Assembly (NCBI GenBank): GCA_023213395.1 | Contig: CM041465.1 | Span: 207,335,741-207,399,740 of the forward strand | DNA length: 64,000 bases | Reading direction: 5' to 3' | DNA from: Cycas panzhihuaensis | Taxonomy: Eukaryota > Plantae > Cycadophyta | In this document: positions 52,306 to 64,000 of the stretch, one piece after another | Numbering within the stretch: position 1 is the stretch's first letter | Layout: the number at the start of each line of letters is the position of its first letter | Notes under the pieces: model-generated | The model's database searches: none | What the model was told of the DNA's origin: nothing | The model's input: the letters and a program-made list of their open reading frames with translations, nothing else | Translations under genes and position numbers: made by a program

Positions 52306-52979
52306 TATTAGATATTATGATAACAATGATTTGAAGGCTAAAATTTTGGCAAGTTAGTAGTATAGTTTTTCCTCCAAACTTTTACGAGGGGATCCAAGGG
52401 GGGTGGGACCCCCTCTTAGTTGGGGGATGCAGAGGGAGCCAAAATCCCCCCTACAAATGGATGGGGGGGGGGGGGGGGTGTTCGGAGGTGGTATCCCCAA
52501 CCTAAAAATCTAGCATTGTAAAACATACTAAATTGTAAAGAGAATTTGGGCCATTCATTCAAAATACTCTAGATTCTATGTTTAAAATTTATACCTTATG
52601 TGACTCTCTCATATAGCCCGATTTAGGGTGTTTTTTTATTATGTTGATGGAGTTTGATGTATTGGATGTACTTCATTAAGTAGAGATGGATGGATGTTAT
52701 TACTATGAGCATTTTGTTACAAATTATGTATAATTCTCCATTATTAGATAATTAAGATCAATACATTTCCTGTGTAGATGTTTCTTTAGTACATTGTTAG
52801 GGTTTTACCACGTTATATCAGGTGTATATGTGATGCTTTGTCTTTCTAATTTATTTATTGTATTATCTCTAGTTTAAAAACTTGCATGTTAAATTTTAGT
52901 TTTGATTCCTATAAATAGTTACAAAATAGTTTAGATCTTGGTGGCAGTTTTTGGTTATTGGGACCTAATTTTCTTAACA
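52306..52979 (+). repeat. Copia E 3' LTR
   Basis: Follows the PPT; ends cttaaca. Confidence 0.93.
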
Positions 52980-54201
52980 AGTCTCTCAAATTTGTATACA
53001 TTCATTTTCACTTTCTTTGCTAATAGTTTCTTTTAATTTTGATTTTGACTCTATTAGTTTTTCACTTAGACTAATCATTATCTTTGAAGATAGTGCCAAT
53101 GATAATTTTATGTATTAATTTTTATGGTCCTACCCTTATTTTTCATTTAATTATGTCATATATTTTGTTAAATTTAAAACTATATACAAATAATATATTT
53201 TTAAAATTTATAATGCTAGTTCATTTTGAGTTGTTCTAACCAACTAATGCTTAATTAGTTCTTATTTTGATGTAAATATTACCAATACTATTTATATTCT
53301 TATTTATTTATTTATTTTATTACTATATTACAAGAGTTCATTCTCTATTAAAATCTTACTATTTTTAACAAGTGTCTTTGTTTCTACTCAATAACAAAAA
53401 TTATAAAAATAATCACTTCAAGGATAACTTTTTCTAAATAATTATAGCTCATATGGGAAAAGTTGTTTTGATTGTTTGTATATAAATTCAAGTATATACC
53501 TACTTGGCATATGTATGATTGTCACTATCATTATGTGAGATCTTTTAAGTATCACCTTAATATGAATTATGTGTCTTTTACTAGTGGTTATTCCTTATGT
53601 TTATGCCATTTTGTTAATTTGAATTCATTTTTTTATGATGCTTGAGCCATAGAGTAATTTCATTAATTCATGCTAGTGTCACTCAATACACAAATAGTTA
53701 TCATTCACTTAATACAATGAACTAATGGCATAGGACCCATCCCTTTACAGATTAAGATATTAGCATACATCCACTTCCTATGCTTAAGTCTATAGGATTC
53801 TTATTTCTTTATATATTACTAATATATTCTCCTTGATTATGTTATTTTATATCAAGAGTTCATTGTCTAGGTCTAAGTACATTATTATGCATCTTCCATA
53901 TCATGCTTTATCATAACTTTTATATTCATTTTTCTATTTTTCAAACCATAGCCTTTATAATTACTAGGAGCATATTATTTTTACCTCCATTAAATGGTTA
54001 CCTATTCACTAAAATTCATCATACATATTACTACTACTTATTCAATAATCCATCTTATCCTCTTATCTAAACTTATTTTCTATTTAACCCTCCTCTTTTC
54101 ATTATCCAATCACAATATGCCCTATATTTATTTTTTATATTCTTTGCTCCTTTAGCATATGTATAACACTTAATTCATATAGCTAATATTTTTCTCTATG
54201 G

Positions 54202-54678
54202 TGATGTTGACATAATGATAATAGAAATAATAATAAGTGTAGCATAAAACATTAACAAATTAATACCTCAATCATTCAACATAATAAATTTCCAAATTAA
54301 TTCAAAGATAACAATAGATCTCTCAATAATATTAGATTAATATTAGATTTTCCATTGTAAAATTATAAATATTAGATGAGTCATTCATAGTCAAATCCCC
54401 TATTCAAGGTGAGGGTGTCCTCTTAGATGGCACAACAATACCTTAATGGATCTAGGCCATCAATCCAAATTCAAAATATTAATTTTTTAAAAGATTATCA
54501 TAGATAAATAAGGCTTCTCTATTTATAACCTTACTTTTCTTGCTTTAAGACCAACTTCTAATTCTCTCTCCTAAAAATACTAACTTCATATTATATAAAT
54601 CCTTCCTTATCTTTCTAAAAACCAACTTCACATCTCTCCTAAAAATACCAACTTCTATTAATAATTAGGAATGCCAAA
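54202..54678 (-). repeat. LTR-like repeat homologous to 57395-57879 (solo or orphan)
   Basis: Colinear ~480 bp match. No clear TSD, PBS or PPT. Confidence 0.75.
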
Positions 54679-57394
54679 AGTATCATTCCCTTAAAATACT
54701 TTTACCTTGAAGTATAGATAGGTAGATGTGGGGTTACTTGGACTTGATTTGACAATTTCTTTAATCCACCACCCACTAAGTCCCATATGTCATAGAAATT
54801 TGGTCCCATCTTGTGCCTTTTATTAGAGAGAATTATCATGTAACCTAAGTCTATTGTTGCCTATATCTAAAACCTTATGCATGTTATACATTATCCTATA
54901 TAAAAGTGATCCTATGATATGTGTGATATTCATGGTGCTTGGCCATAATCCTATTTTATGTCCTCAAATGCCATCACTTAGGAGATAAGAGGTTTTAAAA
55001 ATTTTGAGGGGATTTGGTAGGGAAGAAGTAATGTGATTTAAGAAGTTGATAAGAAAACGGTCATAAGGGTCATATAACAACAATTGCATAATGCTAGAAG
55101 AAATGGGAGAAGTGGGGTTTAGTGAGATGATTAATAATAAATTTTAAAATATAAGAAACAAGGATAAAAGAGATTGATGGTGGGCAGTACAAGAGGTTTG
55201 GAAATTGATTCAATGAAGGGTTATGATCAAGATAGATTCGGTTAGATAATTAGAGATCTTAAAGAAATAAGAGTTATATAGGATTATTGTTAGATACTCT
55301 TTATAAGAAAGAGGTTTAAACTGAGGTTCAAAGATGCGAGAAGGGTTGGATAAAGGAATAATAGAGAAAAAGAGTATTGCAGGTTGGGACAAACACACTG
55401 AGGCCTTATAAGAGGCAATTATTATACCGAGAGATGAAATGTGATGAAGAGAGGAGGATGGAAGGTTTTGAACATCCTACTAAGGAAATTCTTTAGGGGA
55501 TGAAGGAACATAGTGGTAATGAAATAAGCTAGGGTTGTAAACAAAGATTAGGATTTTTCTTACAAATAGTTTAGAGTTAAGGAGCTTAGGGGCTTATATA
55601 GCTATGAGATAATGGGAAGTGTTCTTGTTTATAACTCTTAAGTATGGAATGAAAGAGGGTAGTTGAAACTACCCAAAGAAGCATGCATATGAAAAACATG
55701 ATAAAAAACCATATTGAATATCTTAATTGAATTTACTTGATTATATGAACTCTTCCTCAAATAACATAGGTTATTCTTCATAACATGGGATAGATTCTCC
55801 TTGCTCCACTAAATCCTGAATTGATTCTCCTTCTTGCAGCTATAAAGATTCCCAAAACCTTCTACCAAAGGTTTGCTCTTCCTCTTTTTCTATTAGTTCA
55901 TCTACCTACCCTAATTCTTTGGTATATTTGCATTGCTCATGCACTTGCTGGTGTTGATATATTTTCTCTTCTTGAGTTTGGTCTTCCTTGTGATATGTTT
56001 CTTCTTTATGCCTATTTGTTATATCCTATTGAGCTAAGTTATTTTGAATCCCTTTGTCTTACTTCAACTTACTAGATGTTGTACAATATGAAAATGGAAA
56101 CCATAACTAGTTGTTGAGAGGTTTTGGTTTATGAGCCTTATTAATGAATCAATCAGGACCTTTCCCTTTCAAGAGAAGTTCCATACATTGTCCATAATCT
56201 TCAAGTTTTATTCTTCATATAACCATTCAATATTTTGATAAGATCTAGCCATTTTTGCCCCTCGCATATTCATCTAAATAAAAAGAAAGTAGCTCTATTA
56301 TTAACTAGAGTTGTAACTTTAGAGATTAAAATATACATTAAAATTGATCTAAATAATATGTTACTACCATTTAAATTGAAGGTCTTTGAACCAAGATTTA
56401 AATGGTTTAGACAAAATTGAATTCTGAGACCTACAATAGGAATTTAAATACATATTTAAAAAAAATAAAAGTTAAAAAAAAAAACAAATATAAGGCCCTT
56501 TTGTACTTCTCACCTTTGGTCATCTTAGGCTATCTTGTGATCCCCTGCTAATAAAAGGAAAAAATCTACAGACTTTAAGCTAAAGCTAAATGTAATTTAA
56601 TTAAATAAAATTATTTAAAATATATATTCCTATATATTATAGAGATGTATATTCCTATTTATCATGGCATGGATGTAATTTTTAATGTGTAGCATATTGA
56701 TATATATATCATGCCAGATATCACAAATCTTTTTAATGGTATATTACAAATTGACTATCATGCAGTCCCCTAACTAGATAATTCCCTTTAATGACTAAGT
56801 GCACTTCATTCCCTTTAGCTTTGACGATGTATTTAAGATGATCTTTAACTTCTTTCTTTGTTACTTGTATGAATGCTAGTTTCAAACCTTTTTCACACTT
56901 AGAAAACACATACTTACTCCATAACATTGCAATCATATCACATGATAAATAACTTCTAGTTCAATGATGCATGCTTCTATATTAATGAAAGTCGAACTCC
57001 CTTAGCAACTTTTAAGTCAATAATTTCTACATTTTTGTAATGATTAACTAGAATTTACTTATCTATAATGAGATGATGATACCTTTGGAGTAATATGGTA
57101 AGTTTGATCCCGTTAGTTATCATGATAGCTAGATTGTATAAATATAGGCATAAACCACTCCTTATGTCACCTATAAACAACCTTGGGTTAATAGATTTAT
57201 CAATGTCATATGGTTGTATTTATTAATATCATTGGACTATAATTATATATTACTATCTTTGATGGAGTTTATTACTTTATAGGGACATATTTCAAGAAAG
57301 GATGTAGATATTCCTATGATATCACAAGCCAAACCTACTACTAAAACTTTCTTCAATTATTCATGCCTAATCACGAACATGACTCTAATATTAG

Positions 57395-57879
57395 TGATGT
57401 TAACACCCACACAATATTGACAAAAATAATAATAACAATAATGTAAAACATTCAAAAATTAAAACCTTAATAATACATCATAATAAATTTCTATAATAAT
57501 TCAAAGATAATAATAGATCTCCCAATAATATCATATTAATAGTAGATTTTCTATAGTAAAATAATAAATATCTAATGAGTCCTTTATAGTAAAATACCCT
57601 TTTTGAGGCAAGGGTGTCCTCCCATATAGCAAAATAATGCCCTAATAGCTTTAGGCCATTAGTCGAGTTCTAAAATATCAATTCTCCAAAATATGATCAG
57701 AAATGAATTATAGCTCCTCTATTTCTAACCATACTTTTCTCTCTTTAAGACCAACTTTTAATTCTCTCCTCTAAAAATATTGATTTCTCATTAACTAAAT
57801 CCTCATTTATCTTCCTAAAAATTGAATTCACATCTCTCCTAAAAAATACTAGCATTTATTAATAATTAGAAATGCTACA
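57395..57879 (-). repeat. Probable 3' LTR of a minus-strand element extending to the right
   Basis: TG...CA ends; the minus strand reads PPT aagagtggagaa then tgtagcattt. Confidence 0.72.
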
Positions 57880-58379
57880 TTCTCCACTCTTAGTCCTAGT
57901 TTCTTCACTATTACATTAATCTCCAATGGATTGTTTTTGGTTTTGAATAATGAATAAGGCAATAGCTCCATCAAACTACTACTTCTTAGGAACTCTTTAC
58001 TTTTTCTAAGTGTGATATGGCCTCCTACCATTATAAGAGGAGGTTATTTAAAGACCATTGACATATCAACTAATATTACTTCAATGTAAGTATATTTTGT
58101 CTTATTTTTCCATGTTTGCGATCCCTTATTTGCATCACTCTACTAGCCCAATTATCATCTTAAGCCATTTTGGAATGCAAGCCATTATAATTATTCTTAT
58201 ATTATGGATATACATGAGACCAAAGCCTAAATCCTACTTGCATTCCATGCCCAATTTTGTGAATTAGCTAACTTTCTAAAGAGCCTACTACCCCTAACGT
58301 ATGAGCCAATATGTTTGTCAAGGCAATTACAGATAGGTTTAATTAAGTTTTTTTCATGAGTTCTCTATACTCTTTTCTA

Positions 58380-60420
58380 GCATGTAACTTTTCAAGAGTA
58401 TATGATGAGTATGGTAATGATCACGTTAGCCACCACTATGAGAGACTACATGTTCAAGTGAGATGGGCTAACACTCCCTCCTTAGGTGTTATCTTCTTAG
58501 AGATCTATGAGAATACAAGTGTAAAAGTATGAACATTAGCAACTTAGATTTCCCCTTTTAGGTAATCTGGTGGTAGGTTTATTATGTTTCTTCTATTATG
58601 GTATCTATATATTTTTGTATTATGCTTATATTTTTTGAGATCACCTCTATCAATGTACACTTAAGATGAATGCTATATGCCCATTCAACCAACTTTATGG
58701 CCTTGCATTATTCAATATTTAAACTATTTTCTTATTCATCCCCATGGGCATAGAACCTAGATCCATTCAATTCCTTAACCCCCTCCCCTAAGTTCCAGGC
58801 CACTCATAATTATGGAATTAAATGGGTATCATTAGACTTATTTATTTTAAGGAACTTATTTTATTTACCCTAGTTATTTTTATTATACTTTATTCTTAAG
58901 TGGATTTATAGGTTTTGGTATTTATTTTGCACTTTTGGCCAAACCATTTCCATTTCTTCTTTAAATTTTAGGTCTATGTTATTTTAAGGTAGATGGATGG
59001 ATGCTAATGTTTTCAACTATATTATGTTAGTTCCATCTCCCCATTTATAAACCAACCCTTAAAGCATTCCTAGTTCAGTATTTTCTTCTATCCCATCATG
59101 ATGCCCAATCTATCAAGGTTGTGTCTCTTGAGTCATATTAAGTTCAACTAATCATATCTTATCCTATATAAGTGAAGAGAATATAAGAACATAATATCAA
59201 AATCTAACATCTTAACTCTATCTTTAGATTAAACTAAGTTGTGCAACTTATTATTAAAGAGTTAGGAACATAATTTAACTACATCAAAGAGACTAATTTA
59301 CATCCCCTTATTAAGTCAACCTTATTTTTTATTAGGATTGGTGCTTTATGTTACTCCACATTGAGTTGAGTGTTGGGCTTGCTTGTTTTAGGCTTTAATG
59401 CACAAGGGCATCTACAGACACATGGTTTTTATTTGTTTATTTTTAGTTATTGATGACCTTCTAGATTTTCACTATCATCTCTTATGTACGTTATTCGCAT
59501 TCCTACAAGGATATATCTTTGGTTGTATTTATTTTTTATTATAATAATTTATTATAATTAATATCTCCTTTGTATTTTTAGAATAATACAACATTTATTT
59601 TTATAAAACAACTTCTTAACTACTCATATGAGTTGGATTGTGATAATCCAATACCCAAATAGTGTAAAATAACAAAGAAAATTTTCTTCTATTTTCTTTT
59701 TCTGACACCAAGGATATTGCCTTCTCAAGATTAACTAAAAATAATAATAACAATAATATGTAGTAAGCCACAAGACTAATAAGCTACGTATTAAATTGAT
59801 AGTCTAAGGGTCTTGGAATATAGATCACACTGTGTGACATTAGTATGCATGTAATTTACTCTTCATAATAAGATTGAAACACATAACCCAAATATAAATT
59901 TTTATACATGTAATATAATCTTAATATTCATTCCATTACTTTTATAAAATATTTATATAAGATCAAGACATAATGAACTAATCTTTAAGTGGGAAATCTA
60001 GACTGCTGAGAGGTATTCACTACCTAACCATTCAAAAGCTCCACATGAGAATCCACCCCCCAAGTCAAAGCACATGATCTGAATGTTAGGATACTTCCTT
60101 CTTACTCTTCACTTGTGACCCAACTCTAAATTTAGCATCTCATATCCACTGGCTCATTACTATCTTAACTTGATTCCCAATCAAACTATAGTTTAGCATA
60201 GAATCTCCAAGGCTTATTTGATGGTATCACACCACATCTAGCTTCTTCCTGTGCTAATATATTAGGACTAAAACTAATGGCAACTCATATATATAGTCCT
60301 AAATTAAATCATTGATGTATGGTACTAGACTAATTCATTATCACATATTACTAAAGCATTGTCCCAGACCAAGTCATTAATATATAAGATCGATGTAAGG
60401 TCCTAGACTAAGTTATTGCT
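58380..60420. repeat. Second copy of 1-2030, lacking the Tat insertion
   Basis: See the feature at 1-2030. Confidence 0.95.
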
Positions 60421-61485
60421 ATAAGCTACACAATATATACTTTTCTCACCATGGAAGAAGTTCCTATATATTGAATATAAAAGCAACTAATATACTTATA
60501 ATTACTTTTAGGAAAGCCTCCACTTATAATGATATCATACCCTTTCTAGTAACATAAATTCCAATATAGCTAACATAAGGTAAATCAATAATTCAAAGGG
60601 TATTGTTATCAAGCAATAGATTTCTACTAGATCCCATTATATAATACAAGTCATCCTTAGCAATTCTCGCATATCTTCCTTCCTTGATTGTGCTTCTTTA
60701 TTCCCAGAAAAGAATGAAAACCTCCTTTTCTGAATAAATGAATTTGCTCCTCCTTTTTTTGAAGGATGAAGAAATCTCTAAAACAAGTATCCTTAGAGTA
60801 AATGAAGATTCTTCCAAAGTAAGTGAAATAATACTAAAGTTTATACTAATTTGAAAGTAATACTTTCTTTCTCCTCACAAGGCTCCTATTAGTAGTACTA
60901 GCCTAAAGGTTAGACTTTCTTTCTTCCCATAAGTTTTTTATAATTAATACTATCCCAAAAAAAAAGACTTTCTTTCTTCCCAAAAGTCTTTTATAATTAA
61001 TACTAACCCAAAAAAAAAAATATTTCTTCTCACAAGTCTCCTATCATTAACCCTTTTCTTATCATAGGAATAATCTCGACTAAAAAGTGGAATTATTAAG
61101 TAGGATTAAACATAAAAGTCATAAATCCTAGAATTGACCCCTTAAAATTTTCCCCCCTCTTTCATATCATGTGCCCCCTCTTATTCACTTTTATCCCATG
61201 AGCAATTTAGTGGACTTAGTATTTATATCATATATAATATATGGGTACATAGACCCTAAAATATTTACATATGCATAACATGTACATATAGACCTATAAA
61301 CTATAAGGTTATATATCATAATATTTTTATGTGAACTATAAACCAAGGTACATCTCATACACCTGATGGGGCTTTTAACTAGCTCTTATTTATATCAAAG
61401 GATTATTACATTAAAATAGTAAGTGAGAACATAGAAAGAGAATATATAATAAGTTATATACAATTGATATAAATGGGGTATTATA

Positions 61486-63000
61486 TCTACTTCCTGTTAA
61501 AAGAAGCACTATCCCCCATGCAACTATGCCCTGCAAAAGGATATGGATGTTATTGCTACATACTCTCTCTCAGTTCCTAGGTTGCTTTATTAGGTTCTAT
61601 ATAAATCCATCAAACTTTTACCTACTCTATGGCTCAATTCTATAACATCCTTACCCTTTAATCTAATATTTATATAGGTTCCACTTAGAATTATACTCCA
61701 AGTTCAACTTGAATAATTAACTAGTTAAGAACATAATTCAGATCATATATATATTTCTTTAATAATGAAATATGAAAAACATTTTACTCATTTAAATTGG
61801 GTGGAAATGTAAGTTTATTACAGCTGATTCTATCCTCTTTAGGATTTCAAATGGCCAACAATATCTTTTTGCTACCTTTTTAGATCTTCCCAATTTCAAG
61901 GAACTTTGCTTTAGTTTCACTTAAAGAATATATGATCCCCAATACTAAATTCTTTTATTGTCCTTGTTAGATCTGCATAGATATTCTATCAATCTTAAGT
62001 CATCTTTAAATGCTTCTTAATCCTAGTAATATGTTCCTCTATTTCCTACAACTTTTCTAGTTCAATCATATGATAATCTTTTAATCTATCCAAACTCAGT
62101 GGTATGCTACAATTATACTCATACAATGCTTCAAATGGGCTCATACCTAAGGAAGCACGTTGGTTATTGTTATAGATAAATTCTACTAAATGTAAGTTAT
62201 CTTCTTATCTAAATCATTGTTCTATTATGTTTACCTAAGCATGTCCTCAAGTACTTGATTAGCCTATTTAGTTTGTCTATTTAATTTTGGATGATAAGTG
62301 GTATTGAAGTTTAACTTAGTTCTCATTGATTTAAATAATACTTGTCAAAAGTTAGATGTGAACCTTTCATCTTAATCTGAAATGATTCCTTTTGCTATTA
62401 TATGTTATCGTACCACATTTTTCATAAAGATTTCTATTGTATTAATCACTTAATGTGTTGATTACATATGAATCAAAGTGTCGATTTTATTAGCTTGTCT
62501 ATTATTACCATAATAGACTCATTTTTCCTTATATTTTTAGAAGGCCTATAATGAAATCCATGGAAATTACCTTCCATTTCCATTTTGGAACTTCTAAAAG
62601 TTATAGTAATCCTGTAAGATCTTAATGCTCTACCTTGACCTTTTAATATTATAAATAATGACCAACATAACACATTAAATCCTTCTTCAAATATGACCAA
62701 AATAAATTTTTCTTTATAGTTATGAGTCTTCTAATATCCTAAATAACCTACATAGGGAATATTATGAGATTTATTATAATTAATGTTTATATCAAAACAA
62801 CATTTGGAACATTTATTTGATGTTAGAACATAAGGAGTCCACCATCTGAAATATGATAGTCTTTATACTTATGTGTCAACCTTACATTCACTTATTTGTT
62901 TTAGGATTAATTATCCAAAATTCCCTTCATCTATCCATACTAGTCATCATTAAGTAATTTCTATATAATAGTGACTTTTAAGTGTGGTTAAGTAACACTA
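61486..63000 (-). pseudogene. Chromovirus (Tekay-like) Gypsy integrase plus chromodomain remnant; its 3' LTR begins at 61485 and runs leftward
   Basis: Minus strand: YHPKLNRQTK*ANQVLEDML, SPFEALY, EPI*ILD*RV..VKV*W..AT*ELRESM..HPYPF, then PPT aggaagtaga and tataatacccc (TGTAATACCC-like LTR start). Confidence 0.85.
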
Positions 63001-64000
63001 ATAGAAATGATATAAACCAACCTCAACCTAGATTGAGTTAGGCTAATCAAAGTAACATGTTGAAAGGAGTGGATCTAGCCTTCATCTCCATGCACTATAT
63101 ACAAAGTTAAATATAGGAGCAAGATAAACTTGAGAGAAAAATAGTAGCTCTTATAAAATAGGAAGATAAGAATGAGTCTCCTCCATTAAGCTTTATTTTA
63201 TATAGATGAGAGAGTGCATTAGGGTTAGGGTTCTTCTTAATGAGATGAAATTACATATAATGTATATAAAATTACATTTTATTTAAGTGGTCTAATTTAG
63301 AATTTACTTAAGATCCTTTGTAGGGATAATAAACTAATGTAATGACTTTGTAGTGTTAACCCATTTTAATCCCTCTCTTAATAAGGGAAGGTCATTTCAT
63401 CTTATTTTATTCTGTCTTATGAGGTCTTCATTTAAGACTCTTCATAAAGTAAACTACTATGATACTTTTGTGGAAAACCCTCATGGAGAAGAAAACCCAT
63501 AGACTTTCTAACCTACTAACTTGGCTTAGGTGGCTCTTTGAATGAAGCGAGATAACAATCCAGTACAATGAGTTTTGTAGTAGTAATCTACTAAGTCTCT
63601 ATATACCATTTGGTCATCCCTTATGCCCTTTCAAGTTTTCACAGGTTTTGATTTTCTAGAATGGTTTAACCTTTATCACAAATAAGATATAGTAGAGACT
63701 TAGTCTTATCCTTCTACATCCATAAGGGGTTTACGAATAAGATAGAGTATGATGGTCATATTATCATCTCCTTCAATTAGTTAGAGATGGAGGCCCTAAT
63801 ATCAAGTTACCTTTAGAGCTATTCAAACTTCATCTTTTATAGTGGTTTAGTGAAGATATTGACCACTTGATCTATTATAGGGAAGTACTCTAGTTAAATC
63901 ATGCCATCATAAACTAGTTCTCTAATCCTGTAGACTTTTATACTTTAATGTTTGGTATGATTATGAAATATAGGATTTTTAGCCATGTGGATTATAGACT

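Larger units (their letters stand above)
47828..52979 (+). mobile_element. Ty1/Copia element E (Tork/Tnt1-like), degenerate
   Basis: LTRs 47828-48490 and 52306-52979; TSD agact/agtct; PBS TGGTATCAGAGCC at 48493; PPT aaggtggagat. Confidence 0.95.

Noticed and set aside
54202-57879. The two ~480 bp repeats as the LTR pair of one 3.7 kb element
   Set aside because: The PPT lies outside the pair (right of 57879), there is no PBS inside, and there is no matching TSD.
1-60420. 1-2030 and 58380-60420 as LTRs of one giant element
   Set aside because: The shared end is set by the Tat insertion and no PBS or PPT flanks the copies. It cannot be fully excluded without sequence left of the window.
63010-64000. 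LTR-like sequence at the window end
   Set aside because: No partner, TSD or coding motif in the window to define its boundaries.

Overview
AT-rich plant heterochromatin-type window, probably from a gymnosperm (inference from element architecture). It is made almost entirely of nested, decayed LTR retrotransposons. I found no intact host gene, rRNA, tRNA or CRISPR array. The backbone is a Ty3/Gypsy Tat-type element arranged LTR-internal-LTR-internal (2031-42499, second unit truncated). Its first LTR is split by Copia A (2523-18872, TSD TTATT). Copia A in turn carries a gag-only non-autonomous element B (4297-8870) and a younger Copia C (10828-17637, TSD ATTGC). A Copia solo LTR (21297-21928) sits in the Tat leader. 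Right of 42500 lie a truncated minus-strand Gypsy, Copia E (47828-52979), LTR remnants, a second copy of 1-2030 (58380-60420) and a chromovirus integrase/chromodomain remnant. The most interesting part is the ~5 kb 3' region of the Tat element. It holds a head-to-head pair of extra genes: an intron-containing antisense gene for a plant mobile domain (PMD) with acidic and coiled-coil tail, and a sense ORF encoding an uncharacterised ~200-aa N-terminus fused to an archaeal-type RNase H. A cluster of hairpins lies in the first predicted intron. Both genes are pseudogenised in this copy. All translations, alignments and divergence figures were done by eye and are approximate.
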